DNA of 63,562 nucleotides, the filler included, from Nemertoderma westbladi (lineage: Eukaryota; Animalia; Xenacoelomorpha): the NCBI GenBank assembly GCA_032718475.1. It is 4 parts of 4 records of this genome, joined end to end, with 100 filler letters (N's around TTAATTAATTAA, not from the genome) between each part and the next. Parts side by side here need not be neighbours in the genome. Positions count along the whole stretch, not along the records: positions 16,546 to 43,590 come from JAUCBJ010006901.1; positions 43,691 to 59,904 come from JAUCBJ010004169.1; 2 more parts are not named here. The stretch is one strand, 5' to 3'. Shown one piece after another: positions 35,696 through 46,939 of this stretch (its first letter is position 1; every line of letters starts with the position of its first letter). Below the pieces are notes generated by a model. That model was given only the letters and a program-made list of their open reading frames with translations. It had not been told where the DNA came from and did no database searches. A program made the position numbers and the translations under genes.

Positions 35696-36202
35696 TAGTA
35701 ATATGGATTTTACATGGCAACAAGTTACGTAGATCCTAATTAACTATTTGGTGAGATTTTCTCCCAATTTATTATAGTATGTAACATTAGTTGGGGGGTG
35801 GATAATTAAAGGGTTGGGAGGGTTGGGGGGGGGGGGGGGGGGTTGGTAGGTGTTAGCCAGTCAACTCTCTTAACTACAATTTATATTATCAGTTTTACTT
35901 TGTTTAGTCTTAGTTATTTTTTATTTTATTTTTTATGAGCAGATTTATGAATGCAATATTTATCAATTTGTTAAATTAGTTCGTTGATCAGTTTAATTGT
36001 ATAATGTTTTGTTATGGAGTTCTTTGATTTAGATTTGTTTAATGTTGCTGACAGTGAATTCTAAATTTTTGAGCCGTGGTACTTTAGGGATTTCTGAGTT
36101 CTGAGTTTGCATCAGGCGAGTTCGAGGAATAAAATATGTAATTATCGCTAGAAGCTGAACGAGTATTGTAGTTGTGTACAGTATCAGTTCGTATAAATAT
36201 AG

Positions 36203-37475
36203 TTGTGGGGCGAGCCACGAAGTTGGCGGAGCCTTAGCGAATTGACACTGTTAGGGGGTGGGTCAATTTATGCAAATAGTTGTCGTCGTCGTCGTCGTCG
36301 TCGTTGTCGTCGTCGTCGTTGTCGTCGTCGTCGTTGTCGTCGTCGTTACGATTTTGACATGCTAATAACTTTGTCGGATTTAAAGCTGCCAAGTTGAAAA
36401 TTTGTAGGTATCAATATGAGCAAAAGTTGAGATTTTTGAGAGACTTTCAGACACCATCAGTGCAATGGTCTCCCGCTAGAGGGCCACATGTCTAAACATT
36501 AAATGGCCACCCATTTCTTTGCTTTTAATCCGTTTAAGCTGAAACTTGGGAAGTATGTACTAGACCATTAGCTGTAAATTTCAAAGGAGGCTAATCTGTC
36601 TGCAGTTCTCCAGTCTGCCGCTAGAGGGCGAAATGTCCCGAATGTGAAATTATTCTTCCATTTAGTTGTTTATGATCTGATTACGCTGAAACTTGTCATA
36701 TATGTACTAGATGACATCCTGAGTCTTTGTGTGGATTGTAATCGGTCCGAAGTTTTCCAGTCTCCCGCTAGAGGGCCACATGTCTAAACATTAAATGGCC
36801 ACCCATTTCTTTGCTTTTAATCCGTTTAAGCTGAAACTTGGGAAGTATGTACTAGACCATTAGCTGTAAATTTCAAAGGAGGCTAATCTGTCTGCAGTTC
36901 TCCAGTCTGCCGCTAGAGGGCGAAATGTCCCGAATGTGAAATTATTCTTCCATTTAGTTGTTTATGATCTGATTACGCTGAAACTTGTCATATATGTACT
37001 AGAAGACATCCTAAGTCTTTGTGTGGACAGTAATCGGTCCGGAGTTTTCGAGTCTGCCGCTAGAGGGCGAAATGTAGGAAAGTGATAACCTTTGCGAATT
37101 CCTTGATCTTAATCTATTTAAGCTGAATTTTGGAATATACAGTACCGGTATGTACTAGACCACATGCCTCGTCTTTGTGAGGAAGGTGATCGATCCGTAG
37201 TTCTTTAATATGCCGCTAGAGGGCTAAATGTATGAAAGTGAAAACCTTCCAACATTTCGTTATTTATGATCCGTCAATCGGAAACTTGGTAGATATGTAA
37301 TAGACCATAGGATGTGGCTTTGTAGGGAAACTAATCCTTCCTTCTTCAGTTACCCAGTCTCCCGCTAGAGGGTTAACGTTTTCCGGGAAAATCTTCTCCT
37401 ATGTTTTTATAATCCTTTCGAGTTGATACTTAGCATTAACTCATTTCACGTGCTGCGCGAAGGCCCCACTTCGTG
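36203..37475 (+). mobile_element. non-autonomous Helentron/DINE-like element with (GTC)n microsatellite and internal ~146-bp tandem array
   Basis: 5' GTGGGGCGAGCCACGAAG, 3' GGCCCCACTTCG, (GTC)n at 36281-36345, seven units each with CCGCTAGAGGG; same 5' end at 46477 and inverted at 46323. Confidence 0.65.
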
Positions 37476-39428
37476 TTATAAAGTTTTGTTTCCTATTGTG
37501 ATGTATTTCTCACCATAGTTTTGCTGATTCTAGTAAGTACATTTGATCTATAGGTACTGTAGTAGGTTTAGTTGTCTGTTTTCTCGATAGTCTTAAATGT
37601 AAATCAAATCTTAAATGTAATAATTGCTCGGATTATTTCGTTCACTTTAATTTTAATTGGTCTTTTTTGTGATTTGGGTGTTTAGACGGACCGGCACTGG
37701 CACACTGCAGCACTGGCACATAAGATCAGATATTGTTGTATTGATGTAGAGCAGAATGCGATTTCGATTTCACCTCATTTGCTTCCCCTCACAGGCCAGT
37801 GCCGGATTAACCTTAAGGCATATAAGGCACGTGCCTTAGGGCCAGCCGAAAATCCGGGCCATTTTTTTTTGCGAGTCATTCCTGTGATCCTGTGAAAAAA
37901 AATATTTTTATCTGAAAAGTCCGGAAACAGAGCAAGAAAGTGCATCTTTCGACTACTTTCTATCCCTAAATTTGTGATAGAAAGTGCAAAATTCTAGCTC
38001 AGTCGACCGACAGGTGCTGTGTTATTAATTCGAGACCTGATGGCAGGGAAATAATAAAACATGGGCAGTAAAACTTTAAAGTGCTAATTATGAACAATGG
38101 AGAATTTAATTTTATCTATTTGTGGGGAATTATTTGTAGTTATATGCTCTTAAACTTTCTAGAACAACCAAATAATGACATACTGGAAATATACCTACTG
38201 TACATAGTAAATGTATGGCGTGGAGATATGGTAGTGCGAAATTAATTTTTTTTTACCGGAAACTAGTTTTATAAATATAGGCCCTAATAGATAAAAAAAA
38301 AAGGATAAATTCGTTGTAGATAAAATAGTTGTTGATAAAACAAAAGAAATAATTTCAGAAATAATTTCTTGTCACTACTGTAATTTAATTTAACCGAAAT
38401 TCAGATGTTCTGCCCTCGTGTATTGAATTTTGCATTCGATGGCATTTTAGGTGCAATTCCTGCAAAACCTAAAACTCTCGGACAGCACAATTGAATTGGG
38501 GTAAATTAAAATTAGCGACAAAAAGTGCTTATTCCCGAGACAGTTCTCTTATCGAAAAACATTACTTTCTCAGCAAGTCCAAATCTAGATCAGAAATATT
38601 ATATCTTTGCACTAAGCCCACACTTACGGTGTGTTATATTTCTCAGCAAGTCCTGTAAAGATAAGTACCCTGCGAAACCTACAGCAAATAAATAACACAT
38701 TCCCAAGATCCGATCAAAATTGCTAAATGCCTACAGGGGCCAGTCAGCCTTAAGGGGGCCAACTATAACCCCCACAGAAATGAAATTTTCGAAAATTTAC
38801 ACAATTTTTTGTAGTTTGATAGAAGGGCTTTCATAAGGTGATATCGGTTTTCAACAGTGAATTATTTTTTGACCTCAAAACTGCTCTTTTCAACAACATA
38901 ATATTATATTGCTGATATTTATGATTCTCTATATAAAACAACCTTTTTATCAGTTTGTCGATTTTGACTTTTTTCATCACTCAATTCCCTACTACTATTT
39001 TATTTTTTACTCAATTGTCATCCAACATATCAAAATGTTCAGCAGCTTTAGGACTACTATCGTTGGTTTTGTAAAACATTGGCATTTGGATCTTATAGAA
39101 CCGATTTTGTAACTGTTACACTTTGTCTATCACAAAATATTTATTCTCAAAATATAGCCCGGAAATACTAAAACCCCCCTAAATTTTTCAAAAACAATAA
39201 TTTTGTGCTAAAATCATCATAGAAGATAGCCTACATTTTTAGGTCCATTTTACCAAAGCCTTGGACCAAGAACTTCAATGCAGGGTATTACAGATCCTTA
39301 AACATGAGCTAATTTACATATAAATGCCTCAAATTTATAGAATTTTTGAAAAAACCGACCTGCTCAAAAAGTGCCATATTTTTCGAACAAAGAGTTTATG
39401 AAGCTAGCTATTTAATAGTATATATATA

Positions 39429-40977
39429 CGGTGGCTGAATGTGGCCAATTTAATTAATTTTAAAATGGGAAATATAAAAGGAAATTAATGAAATATAATT
39501 CCTTAAAACAGGAATTAATCAAATATAATTCAACCCAAAACAGGAATTAATCAAATATAATTCAACCCAAAACAGGAATTAATCAAATATAATTCAACCC
39601 AAAACAGGAATTAATCAAATATAATTCAACCCAAAACAGGAATTAATCAAATATAATTCAACCCAAAACAGGAATTAATCAAATATAATTCAACCCAAAA
39701 CAGGAATTAATCAAATATAATTCAACCCAAAACAGGAATTAATCAAATATAATTCAACCCAAAACAGGAATTAATCAAATATAATTCAACCCAAAACAGG
39801 AATTAATCAAATATAATTCAACCCAAAACAGAAATTAATCAAATATAATTCAACCAGAAACAGAATTTAATCAAATATAATTCAACCCAAAACAGGAATT
39901 AATCAAATATAATTCAACCACAAACAGAATTTAATCAAATATAATTCAACCCAAAACAGGAATTAATCAAATATAATTCAAACATTTTGGAGGGAAATTT
40001 AAAATACTGTCTCAGTGCAGTGCAGCAAATTGTCGTTTCCTTTTCAGTCTATCAGTGCAGTACTGCAGTAACGGTTGCCCGTACCTCTGTAAGCTTAGCT
40101 GCTTAGTTCTGTGGTTAGTTGTTAATCTTTTAATCACTACAGCACTACTGACTACCGATCTACGTAATGATGGTAGTACAAAATGTCATGATGTCATGGG
40201 TGATAGGGAGTTGTGGCGGCGCAATTTTGTCGACAAGCCGGCACAGCATTCTTAAAAATGCAGCTGCAATGCAGCATGCAGATACTAGTAGTACACCTGC
40301 AGTACAGTTCTATATACAACTACTGAACTAACTAATCCTACGGAATTACCGGTCTTTCTGAAGATTGGTAAGGTAAAGCTGCCGGATTTCCCCGTAGTCA
40401 GGTCGTATCGGTCTGTTGGTAGTCAGTAGTGATTAAAAGATTAACAACTAACCACAGAACTAAGCAGCTAAGCTTACAGAGGTACGGGCAACCGTTACTG
40501 CAGTACTGCACTGATAGACTGAAAAGGAAACGACAATTTGCTGCACTGCACTGAGACAGTATTTTAAATTTCCCTCCAAAATGTTTGAATTATATTTGAT
40601 TAATTCCTGTTTTGGGTTGAATTATATTTGATTAAATTCTGTTTGTGGTTGAATTATATTTGATTAATTCCTGTTTTGGGTTGAATTATATTTGATTAAT
40701 TCCTGTTTTGGGTTGAATTATATTTGATTAATTCCTGTTTTGGGTTGAATTATATTTGATTAATTCCTGTTTTGGGTTGAATTATATTTGATTAATTCCT
40801 GTTTTGGGTTGAATTATATTTGATTAATTCCTGTTTTGGGTTGAATTATATTTGATTAATTCCTGTTTTGGGTTGAATTATATTTGATTAATTCCTGTTT
40901 TAAGGAATTATATTTCATTAATTTCCTTTTATATTTCCCATTTTAAAATTAATTAAATTGGCCACATTCAGCCACCG
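39429..40977. mobile_element. foldback element with modular arms (32-bp tandem repeats), TA-flanked
   Basis: TA|CGGTGGCTGAATG...CATTCAGCCACCG|TA; near-perfect inverted arms; AAAACAGGAATTAATCAAATATAATTCAACCC about 15 copies left and 10 right; loop about 40160-40415. Confidence 0.95.
40190..40292 (+). mobile_element. ~100-bp 3' fragment of the RTE LINE in the foldback loop
   Basis: ATGTCATGGGTGATAGGGAG...GCAGCATGC..CTAGTAG matches the 3' end of the copies at 27201 and 61193. Confidence 0.9.
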
Positions 40978-41437
40978 TATATATAAGATCACAGATAATT
41001 GAATTAAAGTTTCAGAATAGTAGCTTTATAAATAAAACAAATAGATTTGGGGTAATGGTCCCCCCCCCCCCCCCCCCCATTAATATATTAAAAATTAAAG
41101 CTTCAGAAGTTCTACCAAAACCATTACACATTTTAGAGCAAAGGTTTTATAGGCATAATAATATGCTGTTTAGTAATGTTACAATTCTAGATGAAAACTA
41201 TTTTTGCGAAGTACTTATTATTAAAGTACTTAGTACTTATTTGCAAGCAGTAATCCGACGAAAATACTTTATATTTCCTTCGCAACATTTTCACAATTTC
41301 AGTTGTTTTTAGCAGCTTTTTCTTTTGAAAGGGTTTGCGGAAAAATATCAATTTTCGGGCCATTTTTGGAAATTACTAAAATGTGCCTTAGGGCCATGAG
41401 AGGCTTAATCCGGCAGTGCTCACAGCCTCAATACCGG

Positions 41438-42502
41438 TGTAACAGCGGATTCAGTCCCCCGAAGAATCGGTCCCCCCGGACCAGATCTGCTAGCGGATTT
41501 AGTCCCCCCGGACCCAATCCGCTAGCAGATTTGGTCTCCCTAGGACCAAATCTGCTAGCGGATTGGGTCCTCGTTCGCGGATTTGGTCCCCCCAATGTTA
41601 TTGCAATAAATTCAAAATACACTGCCAGACTGCTCCGTTCCCTTCCTTATTGTCAATGGATACAATACTGGCAGACCGGTTATTCAGTATGTATCGTTTA
41701 TTGTTCTGGTTAGAAAACATTGTGTGTAACCTGCTCCTCTCCAATTTCGTAGTACGATAAATTTATTGTAATGAGGTTATATTGTTTTAACCTTTTTATT
41801 ATTAGAAAATTTATCCTCCCCACCTGCAAACTATAATAATATGAATGAACATGAATGAATATGAATAACTGTTACTCAGTTGGGTTTAGGTGTAACAGCT
41901 GAACTGAATATACCTGAATATACCGAAATGACACCAACTGACCAATGACAAATCCAACCAAATACACCTGACAACTCGAACTACAGTATGATTATTTACT
42001 GTAATAGGGACAGTACAATATCTTCCTCCTCCTCATGTAATCATCCCTCATCCATAATGAATCTATAATGTTGAAATTAGCCGCTTTCCTGAGTATAGTT
42101 TGCAACTTTGTTGAATTGACTGGATATGTGTCATCTCCCGAAATATAATTATAGACGGCTTGATAAAGCTGCGTCTCATCGAAGTTGGCCATAATAGCCT
42201 ACTGTACTGATGCGACTATATCAGTATATACAGATGTGGGAATTTAGTTTAACGCAGTAGTGGTAGCTACTGCAGTTTTAATCAGTCTATAATTTAATGC
42301 ATAAGCTACGCTGCTATGTCAGTACCAGTACTGCTGCACTCAGCACTGTCTGACTGTACTGTAAAATTATAATTTAAGGGGGGACTCAATCTGCGGAGGG
42401 GGGACAGAATCCGCTAGCGGATTCGGTCCCCCCGGACTCAATCCGCTAGCGGATTCGGTCCCCCCGGACCATATCCGCGGGGGGACAGAATCCGCTGTTA
42501 CA
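41438..42502 (-). mobile_element. Ginger-like non-autonomous DNA transposon
   Basis: CCGG|TGTAACAGCGGATT...AATCCGCTGTTACA|CCGT; subterminal CCGCTAGCGG repeats; remnant peptide YNYISGDDTYP...ILRKAANF (41992-42192) resembling the N-terminus of Gypsy-type integrases. Confidence 0.75.
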
Positions 42503-43469
42503 CCGTAACTTACTCTTACTGTCTTAGTGGCAGAGTGGGCTTAGTACTTCTGTACTTAGTATCAGGGCTGGCAAAAACCTTAGGTTTTTCAAAACAAAAA
42601 TTAGGTTTTTGCAGGGTTTTTGGAAGGTTTTTGCAGGTTTTTGAATGTTATTGCTAGGTTTTTGTACCTACATTTATCTGTATACAATGTTTTAAATTTA
42701 ATGCTTCATTAAATAAACTTCAACTAGGCTCTAGGCCTATCTGTAGATCAGGTCGTTGGAAGAACCGCTGAACTGGCTGACTGGGTCTGGTTTGGCTTAG
42801 TCTGAGCTGCTCTGTTACAGAGCAGCCTACAGAGCCTCTGTAGGCCTATCAGTCAGTACTGACTGCAGTAGGCCCACCGGTGACCGGCACGTAGATTTGC
42901 TGATTTGTACGTCGTAAAAAAACCTGGTACCGGTAGCTTCAGAGCTTGAAGACAGACTGGTTGGCATTGCTCATGTTAGCATGTCCTGATGTCATAAATT
43001 AGGCCTATTCATCATAATATTGCAATAGGAATAGGGCCTACTCTAAATACAAATACAATACACCAATAGCTGAATAGCGCAAGAATACAGTGCTGCAGTA
43101 TAAGTACTTTCATATCCTTACGCGCTTACATTACGGTATCTGTAGGCATGGCACATGGTTGAGTTCTTCACACCACTCACTTACTCCATACTCACAGTGT
43201 CAGTCTGCAGTCTGTCTGATCTGACTGTCTGAGTGTAGCCGGTACAGAGTGTAGGGTAGGCCTCCTACATCAGTTCAATATAAACCTAAACTCTCTGCAA
43301 GCAGCACCCGCCTGCCCGCGCCGCAACCACGTGATTACTGCTGTACTGCAATACTGGTTTCGTGGTTAGGCCTAATATAAGTGAGTAGGATAGCTGGATA
43401 GTCTAGGTTCCTTTATTGCAGTTTTAAAGAGGAATCGCGTCTATTAAACTATTAAAATATAATAATAAA

Positions 43470-43590
43470 ATGTCTCAAATAAAGATTCGGAAGAAATCGG
43501 GTAAACCCCCGAGCGCTATAGAGACGCAGGTTGCGCAGTCGTTGTTGGAGATGGAACACGGAAACGCCGAGCTGAAAGCCCAACTGCGGG
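43470..43590 (+). CDS. RPS7: 40S ribosomal protein S7 (eS7), N-terminus, cut by the gap
   Basis: MSQIKIRKKSGKPPSAIETQVAQSLLEMEHGNAELKAQLR resembles eS7 KI.K..G..P..E..ISQALLELE.N.DLKAQLR; too short for the ORF track. Confidence 0.85.
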
Positions 43591-43690
43591 NNNNNNNNNN
43601 NNNNNNNNNNNNNNNNNNNNNNNNNNNNNNNNNNTTAATTAATTAANNNNNNNNNNNNNNNNNNNNNNNNNNNNNNNNNNNNNNNNNNNN
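43591..43690. other. assembly spacer
   Basis: 100-bp N run with TTAATTAATTAA. Confidence 0.98.
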
Positions 43691-46109
43691 TGCTGCATTG
43701 CAATTGTATTTGTAAACCCCACTTTTAGCAATTTTCAGACGTTTTATGAAAATTACATCGATATGGTCATATGATTTAAAACATATATTTTTGAGTTGCG
43801 CTGGTTTTATCGTGTTCGCAATTAGATTGAATCATATGCGAAAAATATGAAACTTGTTTTTCTCTGCGGTGCCAAATTTTAAAAATATGTAAATTTTGTC
43901 AATTATATATATATATATATATACCAATTGAGGAAAATGTGTAGGTTACAGAGACCGGCTTTTCTAATCAAAACAATAAAGGGGCACTTTACCAATTGAG
44001 GTAAAGGAGCAGGTTACAGAGGCAGGCTTTTCTAACAAAATCAATAAACGATCACTTTACCAATTGAGGGAAACCATATGGTCAGACAGACAGTAGTAAA
44101 TCTATAACCAAAAAAAATCAGGCAGTCAAGCAATAGGTACCGGTACGCAGCTGTAGAATGACAATTTGAATCGGTTGAAAAGGAGGAGGTGGTGTGCAAC
44201 AATTTATTTGAGCCCAGTCAGCCAAACTGGCAGACAGACAGACATTCAGACAGTGAGTGCTTATGCTATGATTTTACAAGTACGATTTCTGAAATCTTAG
44301 CAAAATTTTGATCTAAAAAGTGAAAAAAAATTTCCGAAATTATTTTTTAAATGTTGGGGTAGGCTGCCCTACACCCTTAACGCAGTTGAAGTTCAAGAGC
44401 ACCGAATAAAGACTTGGTCTACTGTATCTGTACACGAACTTCATCAATTATGGCAGCTTCCTCCGAACTAACATGGTGTCGAGCCAATAAAATTCCTCAT
44501 AAACTTCTTAAAGACAATGGATACGAATGACGTTTTGATATGATGAATGTTTTATGTCTGCCACTATCGCTTAATTTAATTTGCCACAACTAAGTACAGA
44601 ATGTAGTTTTGATCCAAAATTTGGGATCACAATTTTAGCTGAACGATTTCATAGTGATAAATTGCATATGAAACTTTTCCTGTTAAATACGTTTCGATGA
44701 ATTTAATGTGAATTCGCGAGAAATTGTTTCATAACTTATATAAAGTTATGTGTTCATATTATTTACTTATGTGATCGCCGCATATAAGTGGGCAAATAAA
44801 GTAAATAGGATAAGAATTATACCATCATTGATTATGTAGAACACGGAAGTCTGGCTCCGTATGAATCACTTAAGGTCTGAGGCGAGGTTGCATAAACAGA
44901 AAGGCTAGAAATAAGCCACTTAGCAGTAGGCTGGCTGGGGCTACTCCTACTCCTTAAGCTTAGCTCTTCCTACTGTGTTTGACCATAGGCCTACTTATAT
45001 AAATATATCGCCCTAATTACCATACTTTATGAATTCTCTTATAAAAATATGTTTGATTTTAAGCTACCGACCTACTGTATATATTTGCTAATATGTTTAG
45101 CTTAAAGTTCAGCCAACATTTTAATCTCCACAAATTAAATACTGAATACAGTGAATACTATATTTACTGAATACTACTGAGTACTGTAAGTCAAGTTTAC
45201 AACTTTTGTAGGCGAGTCAGAAGCCTGGGATCCGTCTGTGTGGGTATTGGTGATTAGTAATGTTGATATTTCAACAAAACGCGGAAATTAGAAGACAGAA
45301 GTTGAGGTGCTGAAACCAATTTCGTTCAACAACAACAGTAATATGGTACACGTTCGTCGGGTTTCGCGCAGCACGTGGGTCTGTTATGAGACAAAAATTA
45401 CAATTGAGCGATTCTCTCACAAAACCTGTACGGTATTTTGGAGATTTAACCGCCACTCAAAGAAAGGAGGACAGTGTGTCCCTCTCCTTTTAATACACAC
45501 CCCAACCCAAAGACACGGAAGGTACCAGTACATGAGATTCATGGCAGCTTCACGTCGGCTGCGGTATATTTAAAATTAACTAACTAAATCAAACAGTTAA
45601 CAATTCTGCCGTCAATAACTATAACTAACTTAAACTTGTCATCATTTTTGATTTAATTACATAATGAGTGCACTATGGTGGCAAACGCGACTTCAATTCG
45701 CCGAAATGCAACTACGAGTTGCCGAAATGCAACTACGAGTTGCCGAAACACAACTAGGCCTATAGCAGTTTGTGAAACGCGAATTTGAGTTGCCTAAATG
45801 TGACAGTTGCTGAAACGCAACAGAACCGCGCTATACACAGACACACCCCAGTCTAGAAAATTCTATAGAAAATTCTAAAGTTTATGCCGTTTTAATTACT
45901 TTAGATCAAATTAAAGACACATTTATTAAAGCAAATTAATTTAACTAATTAAAAATTATAATGGAATGGAGTATGTGGATTACATCTGTATAATTTTTAA
46001 GTATAATTATTTAAATCTTATACTATAAAATAATTAATTTCTTTTAAAAGGCAGGTTGAAAAATGTTTTTTCTTAATCAACTTAATTATCTAATTAACTG
46101 CTATTATCT

Positions 46110-46690
46110 TAGTTTCTCGAAGGCTACACGGAAGTTCAACTTGGAAAATTTCTAAACTTTTGCCAAACAACATGTGTACCAAGTTTGGATAGATTTCATT
46201 AAGATTTGGCTGAGTTACTAAAGTTTAAAATTGAAAACAACAGAACGACAGAACAACAGACACACCGATTGAGTTAGTGGAACCCGTATGCTAAACTCGC
46301 TTACTTTCGTGGCTCGCCCCACAAAGGCTAAGCTACTGGATCTCCTAAAGAATGACAGTCTGCTAACAGAAGAAATAATGACAGCCACAGATTCAAATAG
46401 TGCTGCCTAAATGATAACGAAAAGCATAACTACTAATAACTAATAAGAAACTATAACTAATAAGAAAAAGTATGTCTGTGGGGCGAGCCACGAAGTGAGT
46501 GAGCCTTAGCGTAGGGGTACCATTAATCAACCTGTCGTTCTGTCGTTCTGTCGCGTTTTTTTTCAGTATTTTATTTTAAACGTTAATAACTCGGCCAATC
46601 CTTGATGAAATCTATCCAAACTTGGTACACATGTTGTTTGGCAAAAGTTTGAAAATTTTCCAAGTAGAATTTGCGTGGGGCCTTCGTGCA
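46110..46690. mobile_element. head-to-head pair of short DINE/Helentron-like elements forming an inverted repeat
   Basis: TCGTGGCTCGCCCCACA (to 46323) and TGTGGGGCGAGCCACGA (from 46477); AAACTTTTGCCAAACAACATGTGTACCAAGTTTGGATAGATTTCAT mirrored in both arms. Confidence 0.75.
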
Positions 46691-46939
46691 GCATCAGTGT
46701 AACTGTTATTGCAGTTATAATAAATTTATTTATCCAAATTTAAAATGCGTTAAATTATTATTACTGTAGGATAAATCAGCTAGGTTTCTTACAAATTTTG
46801 CAATACATTGGGGCTGTCTGCCAATCTGCATGTACCAGGTGTACCGGTACTGTCAGGCTGTAATCAATCCCTGAATCGAGAATCCTGCAATCAGTCAATA
46901 CTGCAATACTGGTCAGCCGGTACCATACACTGCAGACAT

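Larger units (their letters stand above)
38754..41078. mobile_element. possible Kolobok-like non-autonomous element (TTAA-flanked)
   Basis: TTAA|GGGGGCCAACTATAACCCC versus GGGGTAATGGTCCCCC(n)ATTAA; imperfect TIR. Confidence 0.45.
37797..41418. mobile_element. hAT-like non-autonomous element carrying nested insertions
   Basis: TIR CAGTGCCGGATTAA...TTAATCCGGCAGTG, subterminal GTGCCTTAGGGCC at both ends, imperfect TSD CTCACAG(G)C. Confidence 0.7.

Noticed and set aside
36203-36397. Arg/Cys-rich protamine-like ORF
   Set aside because: Translation of the (GTC)n microsatellite in a repeat element.
43381-43421. 41-nt GT-AG intron in the RPS7 5' UTR
   Set aside because: Plausible splice signals but very short and untestable without transcripts.
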